Part shown: positions 26,863 to 35,875 of the stretch, piece after piece
Numbering within the stretch: the first letter of the stretch is position 1
Layout: each line of letters begins with the position of its first letter
The notes under the pieces: model-generated
Databases searched by the model: none
What the model saw: only the letters and a program-made list of their open reading frames with translations
Told to the model about the DNA's origin: nothing
Source of the DNA: an uncultured Candidatus Peribacteria bacterium
GTDB taxonomy: Bacteria > Patescibacteriota > Gracilibacteria > UBA1369
Direction: 5' to 3'
DNA: 38,680 bases
Assembly (NCBI GenBank): GCA_964435355.1
Contig: CAYSYL010000002.1
Location: 1 to 38,680 of the forward strand
Made by a program: the position numbers and the translations under genes

Positions 26863-27903
26863 TTATTCTTCTCCTTCTTCTGAGAGAATTTTGTTGAGAG
26901 GTTGGTCATTAATGTAAATGTCAGCCTCTTTTACGGTGTAAAATTGAAGGATTGTTTCTTTCAACTGCGCTTCAAACCGTGGATTATCACATACTCCTCC
27001 AAACATGTAGGTGCCTTTCAGTTTTACGGTCGCTTTACCGTTTTCGTAAGTGACGCCTTCTACCGTGAGATTTGATAAGTGAAATGCATTGTAAAGTTCC
27101 GTTTTGTCATAATTTACCGCTTTTTCAGAGAGGAGTTTTTCAAGTGCGGCTTGGATAAGCCCTTCATTTGAAGGAAGGACTTCAAGTTCTTGTTCGACTG
27201 GGACGATGCTGTCATCACAGCCTATTTTTTTGCCGGTTTTTCCATTGTCACCCATGGCTACAAAGAAAAGTTTAACTTTCCGCAGCTCTTTTTTTTCTTC
27301 GTTTCCATTTATGGCTGCAAGACAGTCGTTGGCTCCTCCTGTTAAACAGCTTGATTCGTCATGCGGTTTGCCTCTTTCCGGGCATTTTTGTGATTGAATG
27401 CAGGCTTTGTCCGTAACAGCATCGATTTGTTTTTGAATAGTTACCTCATCGTCGTTTCCATAGGTGATCAAAATTTGATCGAGATCTTTGAATTCGTAAT
27501 TTCCGAAATCGCTCTTTGATTTTCCGTTTACGAACATTTTTAATTTTTTATCATCTTTATTGCAGTATTTCGCTCCTCCTTCTGTGGCAAAACAGTCTGA
27601 TGTCAGTTCCATTCCCACTGATTCAAAAAAATCCTTCAGAGTTATGCCGCTCATATGTTGGTGAATGACTTCTCCATCCATGTCATGAAGATGAACAAAA
27701 TTGCTGATAAGTTTATCTTTGGTGGACATGTATTTTTCCTGGGCGAAATTTAGTGGCGTATTGTTGAGATACACTTTGAAGTCGGCATGATTATGGACAT
27801 CACCGAGAATTGGCAGCTTTTTCTCTTCCTGGCAGCCCGTTAAAAAGAGCAGAAGAAAAATAAATATGGTGGTGAGAAAAATGGGAGAGCGGGATTTTTT
27901 CAT
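26863..27903 (-). CDS. Lipoprotein with C-terminal GerMN-like domain
   Basis: Trimmed to ATG 27903 (MKKSRSPIFLTTIFIFLLLFLTGC, lipobox). The C-terminal ...IGCDDSIVPVEQE...LIQAALEKLLS...GKATVKLKGTYMFGGVCDNPRFEAQLKETILQF..V..ADIYIN resembles GerMN/sporulation-germination domains. Confidence 0.55.
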   Translation of the reverse strand: MKKSRSPIFLTTIFIFLLLFLTGCQEEKKLPILGDVHNHADFKVYLNNTPLNFAQEKYMSTKDKLISNFVHLHDMDGEVIHQHMSGITLKDFFESVGMELTSDCFATEGGAKYCNKDDKKLKMFVNGKSKSDFGNYEFKDLDQILITYGNDDEVTIQKQIDAVTDKACIQSQKCPERGKPHDESSCLTGGANDCLAAINGNEEKKELRKVKLFFVAMGDNGKTGKKIGCDDSIVPVEQELEVLPSNEGLIQAALEKLLSEKAVNYDKTELYNAFHLSNLTVEGVTYENGKATVKLKGTYMFGGVCDNPRFEAQLKETILQFYTVKEADIYINDQPLNKILSEEGEE

Positions 27904-27910
27904 GGCATGG

Positions 27911-28615
27911 TTATAAGGATCTTTTTTTAAGATACCATTGTCTTTTATTTTCCGGAAATTTTTCGATGGCATACCGTAGCATGGTCCGTGGCATTTTGGC
28001 CGCATATTTTTCAAGAAACTCTTCTTCAGCGGATATTGAACATCTTTTTCCCACCTCTCGAAGCATCCATCCTACCGCTTTATGAATTAAATCATGTTCG
28101 TCTTTTATAAGTCGGGTGGCAATTTTAAGTGTCAGATTTGGATCACCATGTTTTATGCAATGAAAGGTCGAGATTATGGCTATCCTTCTTTCCCATATAT
28201 TTTCTGATTCTGCCATTTTCAGGAGAAGATTTTTGGGGAAATTATTTTTACAAAGATAGCTTCCGATAATGTACTCCGCGCTGGTGTCGACAAGATCCCA
28301 GTTATTTATATATTTGAGATTTTTTAAATAAAATGAATAGGCTTCTTCTGGTTCTTTTTTACTTTTTTTCGTCAATAGAATAAGGGCGCAGAGCCGGGCT
28401 TCATGGACAGGACTTTCTATAAGTTTCTGCAGTTCGAATAATGAAATGGAATCAAATTTTTTTGCTATTTCACGCGTTTCGGGAACTGTCACTCCCAGAA
28501 ATATGTCACCTTCGGCGTACTCTCCTTTTCCGGTTTTAAAGAAACGCTGTGAATGTAGAGCTTTTTCAGGGTGAGCTTTTCCTTTGAGCAATTCCGTAAT
28601 TTGTAATGCTTTCAT
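27911..28615 (-). CDS. DNA alkylation repair protein (AlkD-like HEAT-repeat glycosylase family)
   Basis: N-terminal ...AHPEKALHSQRFFKTGKGEYAEGDIFLGVTVPETREIAKKF, plus INNWDLVD and ERRIAIIST, typical of the DNA_alkylation family. Confidence 0.7.
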   Translation of the reverse strand: MKALQITELLKGKAHPEKALHSQRFFKTGKGEYAEGDIFLGVTVPETREIAKKFDSISLFELQKLIESPVHEARLCALILLTKKSKKEPEEAYSFYLKNLKYINNWDLVDTSAEYIIGSYLCKNNFPKNLLLKMAESENIWERRIAIISTFHCIKHGDPNLTLKIATRLIKDEHDLIHKAVGWMLREVGKRCSISAEEEFLEKYAAKMPRTMLRYAIEKFPENKRQWYLKKRSL

Positions 28616-28634
28616 GGCTGTTCTATTATTTATT

Positions 28635-28670
28635 CTGGAAGCCAGTATGATTGAATTTTATTTTTTAACA
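28635..28670 (+). repeat. Intergenic element copy Y (divergent, tentative)
   Basis: CTGGAAGC (28635-28642) followed about 17 nt later by ATTTTATTTTT. Same order and orientation as copies B and E, with the central part diverged. Confidence 0.35.
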
Positions 28671-28677
28671 AATTTTT

Positions 28678-29820
28678 ATGAAAAATCTGAAAAGCATTTC
28701 AGGCATTTTATTAGTGGGCTTGTTGTCGATTAATTCAGCTTTCCCTGCACTTGCCGATGTTTTGCCTGAAGGGAAAAAGTATGTCGAAAGTTGCGCTATC
28801 ATGGCCGGAGATTTTCCTAAAATTGCATTGGTGGCAGTCGAAACGGGTCCCACGCTTTCGGAGCCAAATGTTTATGAGTACAAACCTGAAGGAGATGTGT
28901 GTTTAGATGTCGGTTATAAGTTCAATACCCTTACCATTTATGCTTTGGATGTCCAAAATTATAAGGGTAAAAAAAGTGTGGCTGGTTATGATGTCACCAA
29001 GGATCCTTATGCCTATAAGACCAGTATTCCTCTTGATGTGAGTGATAAGCTGGTTGAGATGAATGATCCTACTCAATACTTGCACCGTGAGTATCTTATT
29101 CATGGGGTTGATAATCAAAAGAAACAGTTAGTGATTGCTCTTGCCGCTGAGGTGACGGACCTTATGGTGGCTGATTATCGAAATGCACCTCCTGCCGGTT
29201 TGGATGATCATATTATTATCCCTCAAGAATCAGCTTCTTTCACGGATGTCCCTTTGAACTCTCCTTACTACAATGCCGTGCAATATCTGAAGACGGCGGG
29301 AATTGTCGGCGGTTATCCGGATGGCAGTTTCAAGCCGAATAATCTTATTAATCGGGCTGAATTCACGAAAATCATTGTGGGAGCAACTCGACGTCAGCCT
29401 GATAACGGCCTTTGTCTTGAAACTTTTGCGCAAGCCGATGGAAGTTATACGGACATGTTTACTGACATCTCCTCATCTTCTGGTGCACAAGGGCCGGTCT
29501 GGTATTTAAACGATCTTTGCTATGCCAAAGTAGAGAAACTTATCTCCGGTTATCCTGATGGAAGCTTTAAGCCAGCTAACAATATAAATTTTGTTGAGGC
29601 CGCCAAGATTATTGATAACGGATTTCAATTATATGGTGATGGGGCTGCATCCCCTTGGTATGCCGTTTATGTAAATATCTTGGCTTATCACAAAGCTATA
29701 CCTCAAACCATTAATCGGTTTGATCAACACATCACCCGTGGGGAAATGGCTGAAATGATCTATCGCTTGAAGGCTGAAAAAACTGATTTGCCTTCGAAAA
29801 CTTATAGTGAATTGAAATAA
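28678..29820 (+). CDS. Secreted SLH-domain protein
   Basis: Signal peptide. C-terminal SLH modules: FTDVPLNSPYYNAVQYLKTAGIVGGYPDGSFKPNNLINRAEFTKIIV, then ISGYPDGSFKPANNINFVEAAKII, then ITRGEMAEMIYRL. Confidence 0.8.
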   Translation: MKNLKSISGILLVGLLSINSAFPALADVLPEGKKYVESCAIMAGDFPKIALVAVETGPTLSEPNVYEYKPEGDVCLDVGYKFNTLTIYALDVQNYKGKKSVAGYDVTKDPYAYKTSIPLDVSDKLVEMNDPTQYLHREYLIHGVDNQKKQLVIALAAEVTDLMVADYRNAPPAGLDDHIIIPQESASFTDVPLNSPYYNAVQYLKTAGIVGGYPDGSFKPNNLINRAEFTKIIVGATRRQPDNGLCLETFAQADGSYTDMFTDISSSSGAQGPVWYLNDLCYAKVEKLISGYPDGSFKPANNINFVEAAKIIDNGFQLYGDGAASPWYAVYVNILAYHKAIPQTINRFDQHITRGEMAEMIYRLKAEKTDLPSKTYSELK

Positions 29821-30173
29821 TGGAGTACGAACTACGCTTTTTACTGGCTTTATGCCTTACGGTTATTTCTGAGCTGGCGCTAGCGTTTTCCCTTAAAAGA
29901 GTAATGAAAAAACGGCTGGAGAATCTTACTTCCGGCCGTTTGATGTTGGCGGTTATGTTTGCTTCCTGCTTAACCCTTCCGTATGTTTGGTTCGTGGCGC
30001 CTTTTTTTTTACGGGAAAGGAATGTGTATATGACCCTGAGTGAACTGATTGTTTTTCTCGTAGAGGCGGGGTGGTATAGGTTTTCTCTCTTTGCCATGTG
30101 GAGATATGCTCTTATGTTTTCCTTCTTTTTGAATTTTTTTTCCGTGGTTATCGGGAAAATTTTTATGGGATGA
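29820..30173 (+). CDS. Small integral membrane protein (about 4 TM)
   Basis: 117-aa hydrophobic ORF. Its ATG shares a base with the TAA of the upstream SLH gene (TAATG). Confidence 0.55.
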   Translation: MEYELRFLLALCLTVISELALAFSLKRVMKKRLENLTSGRLMLAVMFASCLTLPYVWFVAPFFLRERNVYMTLSELIVFLVEAGWYRFSLFAMWRYALMFSFFLNFFSVVIGKIFMG

Positions 30174-30270
30174 ATTTTTCCAATGACTTTTGTAGAGGAA
30201 ATATATCAATTTTTACTGCCGGGAATTTCTCTTTGTAATTTCATTCTTTTGGTCGATTTCTATCCCGTAT

Positions 30271-30291
30271 GCCTGAGTCTTTTGTGTTTTG
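30271..30291 (+). repeat. Intergenic element copy Z (3' part only; possible further degenerate part from ~30215)
   Basis: CCTGAGTCTTTTGTGTTTTGG vs copy A CCTGGGTTTATTTTTGTGTTTTGG, with an exact shared 13-mer TTTTGTGTTTTGG. Upstream, CTCTTTGTAATTTC resembles the tail of copy E. Confidence 0.45.
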
Positions 30292-30292
30292 G

Positions 30293-31618
30293 TTAAAAAA
30301 ACATTAAAAAACTTGAAATCTTCCCGTCCCATACAAAATCATCATTGCAACTTATATAAAACGGTCCACCAGCTGGGTCGCTATCATCCGAATCAGAGCA
30401 GCCTGAATAAGCATAGCTTCCGCCATCCGGCAGTGAAGTATTGTATTCTACATTTGCGAACACATTGGTTTTTAGCCAATAATATTTCTGTTTCAGAACA
30501 GGATTTTGCTTTGCTGCTTCACGAAATATATTTCCTGCCATTACATATTCTGTAAAAGACTCTGCAAAATCTTCATGGGGGGCGCCATAATTTGAACCAA
30601 AATCAGTGCACGGGAGACTATTGCTCCCATTATATCCGTACCGAGTAATAAACTCTTTTACATCATTTGTTTTTCGTTCCAGACAGGAGGTGGAAGGATC
30701 TTGATTTAGTTTAAAGGAGATTTTATAAAATTCTGAAGTATTAATAATACCTCTATTAAGATCTGAATTGGTAATATAAAGACTATTGTCTAAATAGTGA
30801 GCATATTCATGTAAAATAACATGAGCCAAGTAAAGAGATTTTTGTATTTCAATGCTATTTCCGTCAGCACTTACTGGAAAAATATCTGGAATAAAAAGAA
30901 AATTTCCTTGATCATAGGCTTGTGGATCAGAAGGAGATCCATACACTGAGCCATCCCATTTTTGAATACTTCCATTGCACTGATAAATGATACATAGGAA
31001 ATAATTTGATGGAGTTAAATTTTGAGTTAAATGAGTCGGTAAAACCTCGAGGGGATAATTAAAAATCCAACCAATATAGTCTTTAGGAATGGCCGTTTGG
31101 GAACTGGCAGCTGGTAAGGATACAAAAATGCTACCAGATTTTTTTGAATAATCTTTAATAGTCAATTCTTTGTCATATAAAAAACTATCAAGTTTTTTAA
31201 GGGCATTTATATCAAATACGGGAGTAACTGGTAAATTATTTTTTTGTTGAAATTTAGATAGAAGTGAAACCACAACATTCGCCGATTTTATACTGGAGGT
31301 ATTATTTTGGTATCCAAGCATATGCAAGGAAAGAAATATCCTGTAAGGCAAAGATGCCATATATACGGCATTGGTATTGTTGTAAAGAGCTGGATTACTT
31401 ACATCAAGTGTTTGTCCCTGAAGGATTTGTTGGGCCTGGGTGTTATTTTTAAATACGCTTGATTTAAGAAAATATGGCGAAGGGGTAGGAGTTGGGAAAT
31501 TAATTTTTGCTTGTAGGGAAGTAGAATTTGAAAATTTATAAAGACCAAAAATAAGAATACCCAATACCATAAAACCAATCACCGTAGTATATTTTTTCAA
31601 AGCCATAGTAAAAAACAA
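30293..31618 (-). CDS. Membrane-anchored/secreted protein with HExxH zinc-metalloprotease-like motif
   Basis: N-terminal TM/signal (VIGFMVLGILIFGLY). VILHEYAHYLD (HExxH) and a downstream acidic motif HEDFAESFTEYV. The start may instead be the ATG four codons in (MALKK). Confidence 0.55.
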   Translation of the reverse strand: MFFTMALKKYTTVIGFMVLGILIFGLYKFSNSTSLQAKINFPTPTPSPYFLKSSVFKNNTQAQQILQGQTLDVSNPALYNNTNAVYMASLPYRIFLSLHMLGYQNNTSSIKSANVVVSLLSKFQQKNNLPVTPVFDINALKKLDSFLYDKELTIKDYSKKSGSIFVSLPAASSQTAIPKDYIGWIFNYPLEVLPTHLTQNLTPSNYFLCIIYQCNGSIQKWDGSVYGSPSDPQAYDQGNFLFIPDIFPVSADGNSIEIQKSLYLAHVILHEYAHYLDNSLYITNSDLNRGIINTSEFYKISFKLNQDPSTSCLERKTNDVKEFITRYGYNGSNSLPCTDFGSNYGAPHEDFAESFTEYVMAGNIFREAAKQNPVLKQKYYWLKTNVFANVEYNTSLPDGGSYAYSGCSDSDDSDPAGGPFYISCNDDFVWDGKISSFLMFF

Positions 31619-31687
31619 TTATAATCTAAAAATCTTTTAATTATAATACAAATAGCAATAATTATCCACTTTTTACGATGTAGATCA

Positions 31688-31731
31688 CTGAAGATCCAAA
31701 TTTTTTTCCTGGGTTTATTTTTGTGTTTTGG
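31688..31731 (+). repeat. Intergenic element copy A
   Basis: CTGAAGATCCAAATTTTTTTCCTGGGTTTATTTTTGTGTTTTGG aligns position by position with copy D CTGGAGCTACAGATTTTTCGACCTATTTTATTTTTGTGTTTACG. Confidence 0.6.
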
Positions 31732-31997
31732 ATACAGAGAGAAAATACCTACTTACATAAATAATTGTTCTCTTAATAAAAGCTTGAATCAAAAATTTCC
31801 CTGAACAGAAACAACGGGAAAAAATAATCCGCCAATAAAGCATATTCCATCATAAGACTTTGGAACAGTTCTTGAGATCCCTCTTCAGCTATGACTCTTT
31901 TTTTAGAAACAGATTTTCGTGATATTTTGCTTCCAAAGTTAGAATATAATGTAAAAAATTGCATTAAATAACAATAGTATGGGTTCATATCTAATAA

Positions 31998-32421
31998 TTG
32001 GAAGACCTCAGGGGCCAAGAGTATGGGCGTGATTATTGGGCATCCGAATGGGGTGATTTGCCACAATGGTTAAAGGATGAGGAGATGTACTTAGAATTTC
32101 TTTCGGATGATCCTAAAAACTTATTAGAAAAATTAAGAGTTATTGATCTTCTCTGTACCTATGGTTCAGATCTAGGATGGACAACTCACCATAGCTATGC
32201 GTTTCCTTATTGGAAAACTCGACTGTGATGGGATGGGAAGAAGGTATCAACTGAGTACTCAATTGAATGAAAATTTAGAGGCAATTTATGAAGTAATTTT
32301 TGGAGAGGGAAGAAATGAATTAAAAGGATGGCTCAGTACAACAGAGAAAAATGGATTTATAAAACTTCTTGAAGAACTAAAAAATCACAGTGAAGAAGAA
32401 AAGTTTCGAGCGTTTAATTAG
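31998..32421 (+). pseudogene. Two short overlapping ORFs (76 + 74 aa, frames differ by +1): possibly one frameshifted gene of unknown function
   Basis: ORF 31998-32228 and ORF 32197-32421 overlap by 32 nt in adjacent frames. Both have protein-like composition. No homology recognised. Confidence 0.35.
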
Positions 32422-32529
32422 GAAAATAGCAAAAGAAGTAGATGGCGCTAGGGAAGAAGATGTCCCAGGTTTTTTCGCGTGTTGAAGGGAGACAGAAAAC
32501 TTCAGCCTTGTAAAAGAGCTATTTTTAAT

Positions 32530-32568
32530 CTGGAAGCACAAACTTTTCTACGTATTTTATTTTTGTGG
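32530..32568 (+). repeat. Intergenic element copy B
   Basis: CTGGAAGCACAAACTTTTCTACGTATTTTATTTTTGTGG is nearly identical to copy E. It is bracketed by a 9-bp inverted repeat, AAGGGAGAC (about 32484-32492) and GTCTCCCTT (32568-32576). Confidence 0.7.
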
Positions 32569-32628
32569 TCTCCCTTGACCGAATACAAACCTTTTTGATT
32601 CAATAATAAAAATTATATATTTTAAAAC

Positions 32629-33743
32629 ATGGAAAGAATATACCCTTTTATTTATTTTGGTCATGGCACAAGCTATGCCAGAAAGGCTCTAGGCTGTTAT
32701 ATACTCTTTAAAAAAGAAATACCTTCAAAATTTCATAAAGATATAGAAAAAACTATCCCTATCCCTCTAAATTCTTTTTTGAATGGGGAAAACAATCAGT
32801 TTGTTTTGGAAGTAATGAATCATATGATTCTGAGATTGAAGAAATATACAAGGGAAAGGGTTCTCCATGGGATGTTTTTGAAAAAAAATTAGAACAAGAA
32901 ATTATAGCGCTTCATAAAAAGTATCCACTGGAGATTTTCTATAAACCTTCAAATGCTTCACATGGTCGAATATTAAGCTCCTGGCATTCTTGGAGTATAG
33001 AACAATTGGAGGGGAAAATTATTCCTTTTTTAGATAATTTTTCAAAAAAGCATACATCTGGCCTTGATCAAAAAGCTGCTGAGCAAACATTTGAAGGTTT
33101 TTTAAATGAGCATATAAATCTTAAGCATCAATTCTCACCTTCGTTAAGTAAGAAAATAATAACAATCCTAGAACATCAAATTGATATAACTGGAGGTCAT
33201 TTATACAAGAATTACATAAAAAAAATGCCCTATGAGCTTATACTGAAAGCCCGAATCATTAATCGATTACTCACTGGTCTCAATGCCAAGGAGCGCGCAA
33301 AATGCTTCGCCTCTTTATCAGCGCATTGTCAGCTTTATTGTTATGCTGATAATTACGAATGGCTTTTAAAAAATCCAAAAGAATTAGACATTCAAAAAAT
33401 TCAAAATATCACGGAATCACTAAGGGGAAAAAATCCCGATCTTGTCGCATTTTTTTTAGCTGAAATATTAACAAAGCTTCCATCGATAAAAAGAGAGAAT
33501 CAAATGAAATTACTGGAATACATTGAAAAATATCTTGCCAATGAAGGTTTTATAAATATTGATTTAGCAGTAAATCTTCTTTACCAATGTCATATTCTCT
33601 TACAATACAAAAAATATAAGCCTAATTTAAAGAAACTCATTCACTTTATTATGGATTTTGCCGGAACCGATCAAAATGCTATAACAAACGTCTATCTAAA
33701 ACAAAACATGGAGATAGTTGTTAACCTAATGAAAAAGGTATAA
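32629..33743 (+). pseudogene. Frameshifted gene of unknown function (~370 aa if repaired)
   Basis: The frame of ORF 33006-33743 is open back to 32739 (checked codon by codon) and overlaps ORF 32629-32892. Protein-like sequence switches frame near 32812-32820 (...NNQFVLEV | NESYDSEIEEIYKGKGSPWDVFEKKLEQ...). Confidence 0.55.
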
Positions 33744-33842
33744 ATTGACATAATCTTATCTCTATTTATTTTAATTATAGTATAGGACAATATTTCGGGG
33801 AGACATCTTACAAATTTATAAATTTTATTATATCACAAAAAC

Positions 33843-33935
33843 GCCTAACAGTGTGATGGACAAGCACTAAACCGTGTTTTGTATATTTTAATACTGGAGC
33901 TACAGATTTTTTGACTTGGTTTATTTTTGTATTTC
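33843..33935 (+). repeat. Intergenic element copy C (core 33894-33932 plus 5' extension starting GCCTAACA)
   Basis: Core CTGGAGCTACAGATTTTTTGACTTGGTTTATTTTTGTA. The 5' extension begins with a GCCTAAC box, as in D (CACTAAC) and E (CTCTAAC). Confidence 0.65.
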
Positions 33936-33938
33936 GGA

Positions 33939-34685
33939 TCATAAGGAAAAATTATAAAGGTTAAATTCTTTCATTTTTGGTGGAGCATGGCCGATTTTTT
34001 CGATCAATACTGCACTTGATGCTGAAAGATAGAATTTTTCGTCAAAAGCAAAGATGCCCAACTGCTCCAAATAATATTTTAAAAGCTCAAAGGTAAAACG
34101 ATCTTTTACTTTACGATTGTGATATTGGTCAGTTTTTTCAAAAACCAATGGTTCGCCGGTCTCGCAAAACTCCCATTTTGCACTGTTATTACCCTGATTA
34201 CTAAGTTGGATACTACGAAGAAAATTCAGAAAATGAGTTTCTGATGGGCCATACATTTCCAGAGTAAGGGCGCCATATGTTTTTTCCGGAAGAAGTTTTT
34301 CCCGATTTTCATCCGGTATGGCATTCATTTTGACGCCTTTACATTTAAGTTCCCGTGCCATGAAACTAATAACGGGAAAAGCATCGGTTCTCCGATGTCC
34401 ATTATCAAAATACGCCGTCCATCTCGATGCTGTCGGAATAAAAAGATACCATCTTCTTACTACGTTTGTTAAAGGTAAAAGAGCTTTCAGCGTCTTTGCA
34501 AGAGTACCGGGAATATTTTTATGAATTATTTTGAGTTCATCCTTGTAAATTTTATTCTGTCAGTCCAAAAAACATTTGACCGCTTGAGACAAATCCGTTT
34601 CCAAAAACCCTGTTTCATAAGTTAATGGAGCTAATTGATTATGGAACAATAAACAGTCCGAAAAATTTTCCTTATCCTTTTTCAT
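33939..34685 (-). pseudogene. Hypothetical protein gene (248 codons) interrupted by one in-frame TGA (34560-34562)
   Basis: The ATG at 34685 overlaps the TGA stop of the upstream gene (ATGA). It is followed by 41 sense codons, then TGA, then 66 further open codons without any ATG/GTG/TTG, leading in frame into track ORF 33939-34361. Verified manually. Confidence 0.6.
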
Positions 34686-35143
34686 GATGGGCTTTTCATA
34701 TAATTTAAAATATTTTCCATACTCTGGAGTTTTTCAAAAAACGGAAAAACATATTCGGTAAGATGTTTATAAATAGTACCTTTGAGTTGCTCAAAATCAA
34801 CACTTTCATCAAGGTCATACCAATAATCATGATTATTTATAAGTATTCCTATTCGCTTACTAATATGGCATTCAGACATTGCAGGAAATTCAGGAATCGA
34901 CCGTGGTACAGTACAATGTTCTCGATAAATTTCCGGGATAAATATGCTACAATTAAAGGTAAAGCTGATCTGATCTTTTGAACCATAAGCGCTTTTTTGA
35001 ATATTAAAATGCCATCCAAAAGTATCAAAACCTTTATAAAAATTATAGCGCTTCTTTTTAAAACCTTTTGCCTTGAAAAGTGGAGCAATAAGATCTTTTA
35101 CCATTTTCTCAAATTTATTTTCAGTGAAAGTTTTAGTAGACAT
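34682..35143 (-). CDS. DUF4304-like small cytoplasmic protein (immunity-protein-like)
   Basis: FEKMVKDLIAPLFKAKGFKKKRYNFYKGFDTFGWHFNIQKSAYGSKDQISFTFNCSIF follows the pattern I recall for DUF4304 (L.P.L...GFKK.G..F.R......I.FQ.S....F..N.G). Confidence 0.5.
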   Translation of the reverse strand: MSTKTFTENKFEKMVKDLIAPLFKAKGFKKKRYNFYKGFDTFGWHFNIQKSAYGSKDQISFTFNCSIFIPEIYREHCTVPRSIPEFPAMSECHISKRIGILINNHDYWYDLDESVDFEQLKGTIYKHLTEYVFPFFEKLQSMENILNYMKSPS

Positions 35144-35169
35144 TCCTTGATAAAAAATATGGTTTGCAT

Positions 35170-35460
35170 CTAACTGCCCGTATGAATAATATATCGATTA
35201 CTTTCTAGATCTTGGTTTAATCCCTCAAAAAATTGATGATCACCCAAATCATATTGAGCAACGAAATTATGTAATTGAAACATGAAATCAAGGGCCGTAA
35301 AGTTCTTATTATTTTCACTTTTGAGCGTACATTCAACTCTATCATTGGGCGGCTCATTCCAATTCATTTCTAATAATATATCCATTTCAGGTTTATCAAT
35401 AACAATTTCATCCGGTTTCCATGTATCTTTCCCAATCATTTCAACTTGATATTGTTTCAT
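35170..35460 (-). CDS. Hypothetical small acidic protein (96 aa)
   Basis: ORF co-directional with the two downstream genes. No motif recognised. Confidence 0.45.
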   Translation of the reverse strand: MKQYQVEMIGKDTWKPDEIVIDKPEMDILLEMNWNEPPNDRVECTLKSENNKNFTALDFMFQLHNFVAQYDLGDHQFFEGLNQDLESNRYIIHTGS

Positions 35461-35683
35461 GGCATTACTGAATTCTTCTTTCGAAGTATATTTTCCCTGA
35501 TCAAAAGCTCAAAGGAGATTATTTAACATGGCTTGGTTATATTAAAAAAATACTGTTTTTACAGAGAATATATGAATATTAAAGAAATTGAAATTTGATT
35601 ATAATAAGACGAACATTTTGAGACCATTACTTTCGGGAAACTACGCCAATAAATGTGGTAGTTCATATGATTATGAAAACTCC

Positions 35684-35789
35684 TAAAAAACTGCACTAAC
35701 ATAACCTTTGGAGATTTGTGAAGTTTTACGGTTTGGAAGGTTTTGAAACTGGAGCTACAGATTTTTCGACCTATTTTATTTTTGTGTTT
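35684..35789 (+). repeat. Intergenic element copy D (full ~105-nt form; core 35749-35789)
   Basis: Shares with copy E the blocks TAACCTTTG (35702-35710), GGTTTGGAAGGTTTTGAA (35730-35747), the CTGGAGCTACAG core and TATTTTATTTTTGT (35772-35785). Confidence 0.75.
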
Positions 35790-35821
35790 ACGCTTTCACG
35801 ATAAATCTGAAAAAACCGATC

Positions 35822-35850
35822 TTTACAGGAACGTATATACTTTGTATAAT
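35822..35850 (+). promoter_or_regulatory. Sigma70-type promoter of mazEF (TTTACA-17-TATAAT) with internal palindrome GTATATAC
   Basis: TTTACA at 35822-35827, 17-nt spacer, TATAAT at 35845-35850, 25 nt upstream of the mazE ATG. Palindrome at 35833-35840. The 13-mer TATACTTTGTATA (35836-35848) is identical to 1933-1945 in the fic promoter. Confidence 0.55.
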
Positions 35851-35875
35851 AAAAATGTTTTATAATTAAAACTCT

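Noticed and set aside
25389-28014. N-terminal extensions of track ORFs 24093..25457, 26863..28014 and 12889..13629
   Set aside because: The extensions overlap neighbouring genes or lack family homology. Internal ATGs (25388, 27903, 13461) give canonical N-termini: the AsnRS OB-fold start, a lipoprotein signal peptide, and a non-overlapping membrane protein.
31773-32066. 97-aa minus-strand ORF 31773..32066
   Set aside because: It overlaps the plus-strand ORF starting at 31998, has odd composition, and has no start context or homology. It is probably noise in a degraded interval.
35461-35529. Second in-frame TGA (35509-35511) suggesting an N-terminal extension of gene 35170..35460
   Set aside because: Only 16 open codons lie between the TGA and the annotated ATG, and 6 codons lie before the TGA. 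An open stretch this short is expected by chance. It is mentioned only as weak support under the TGA finding.
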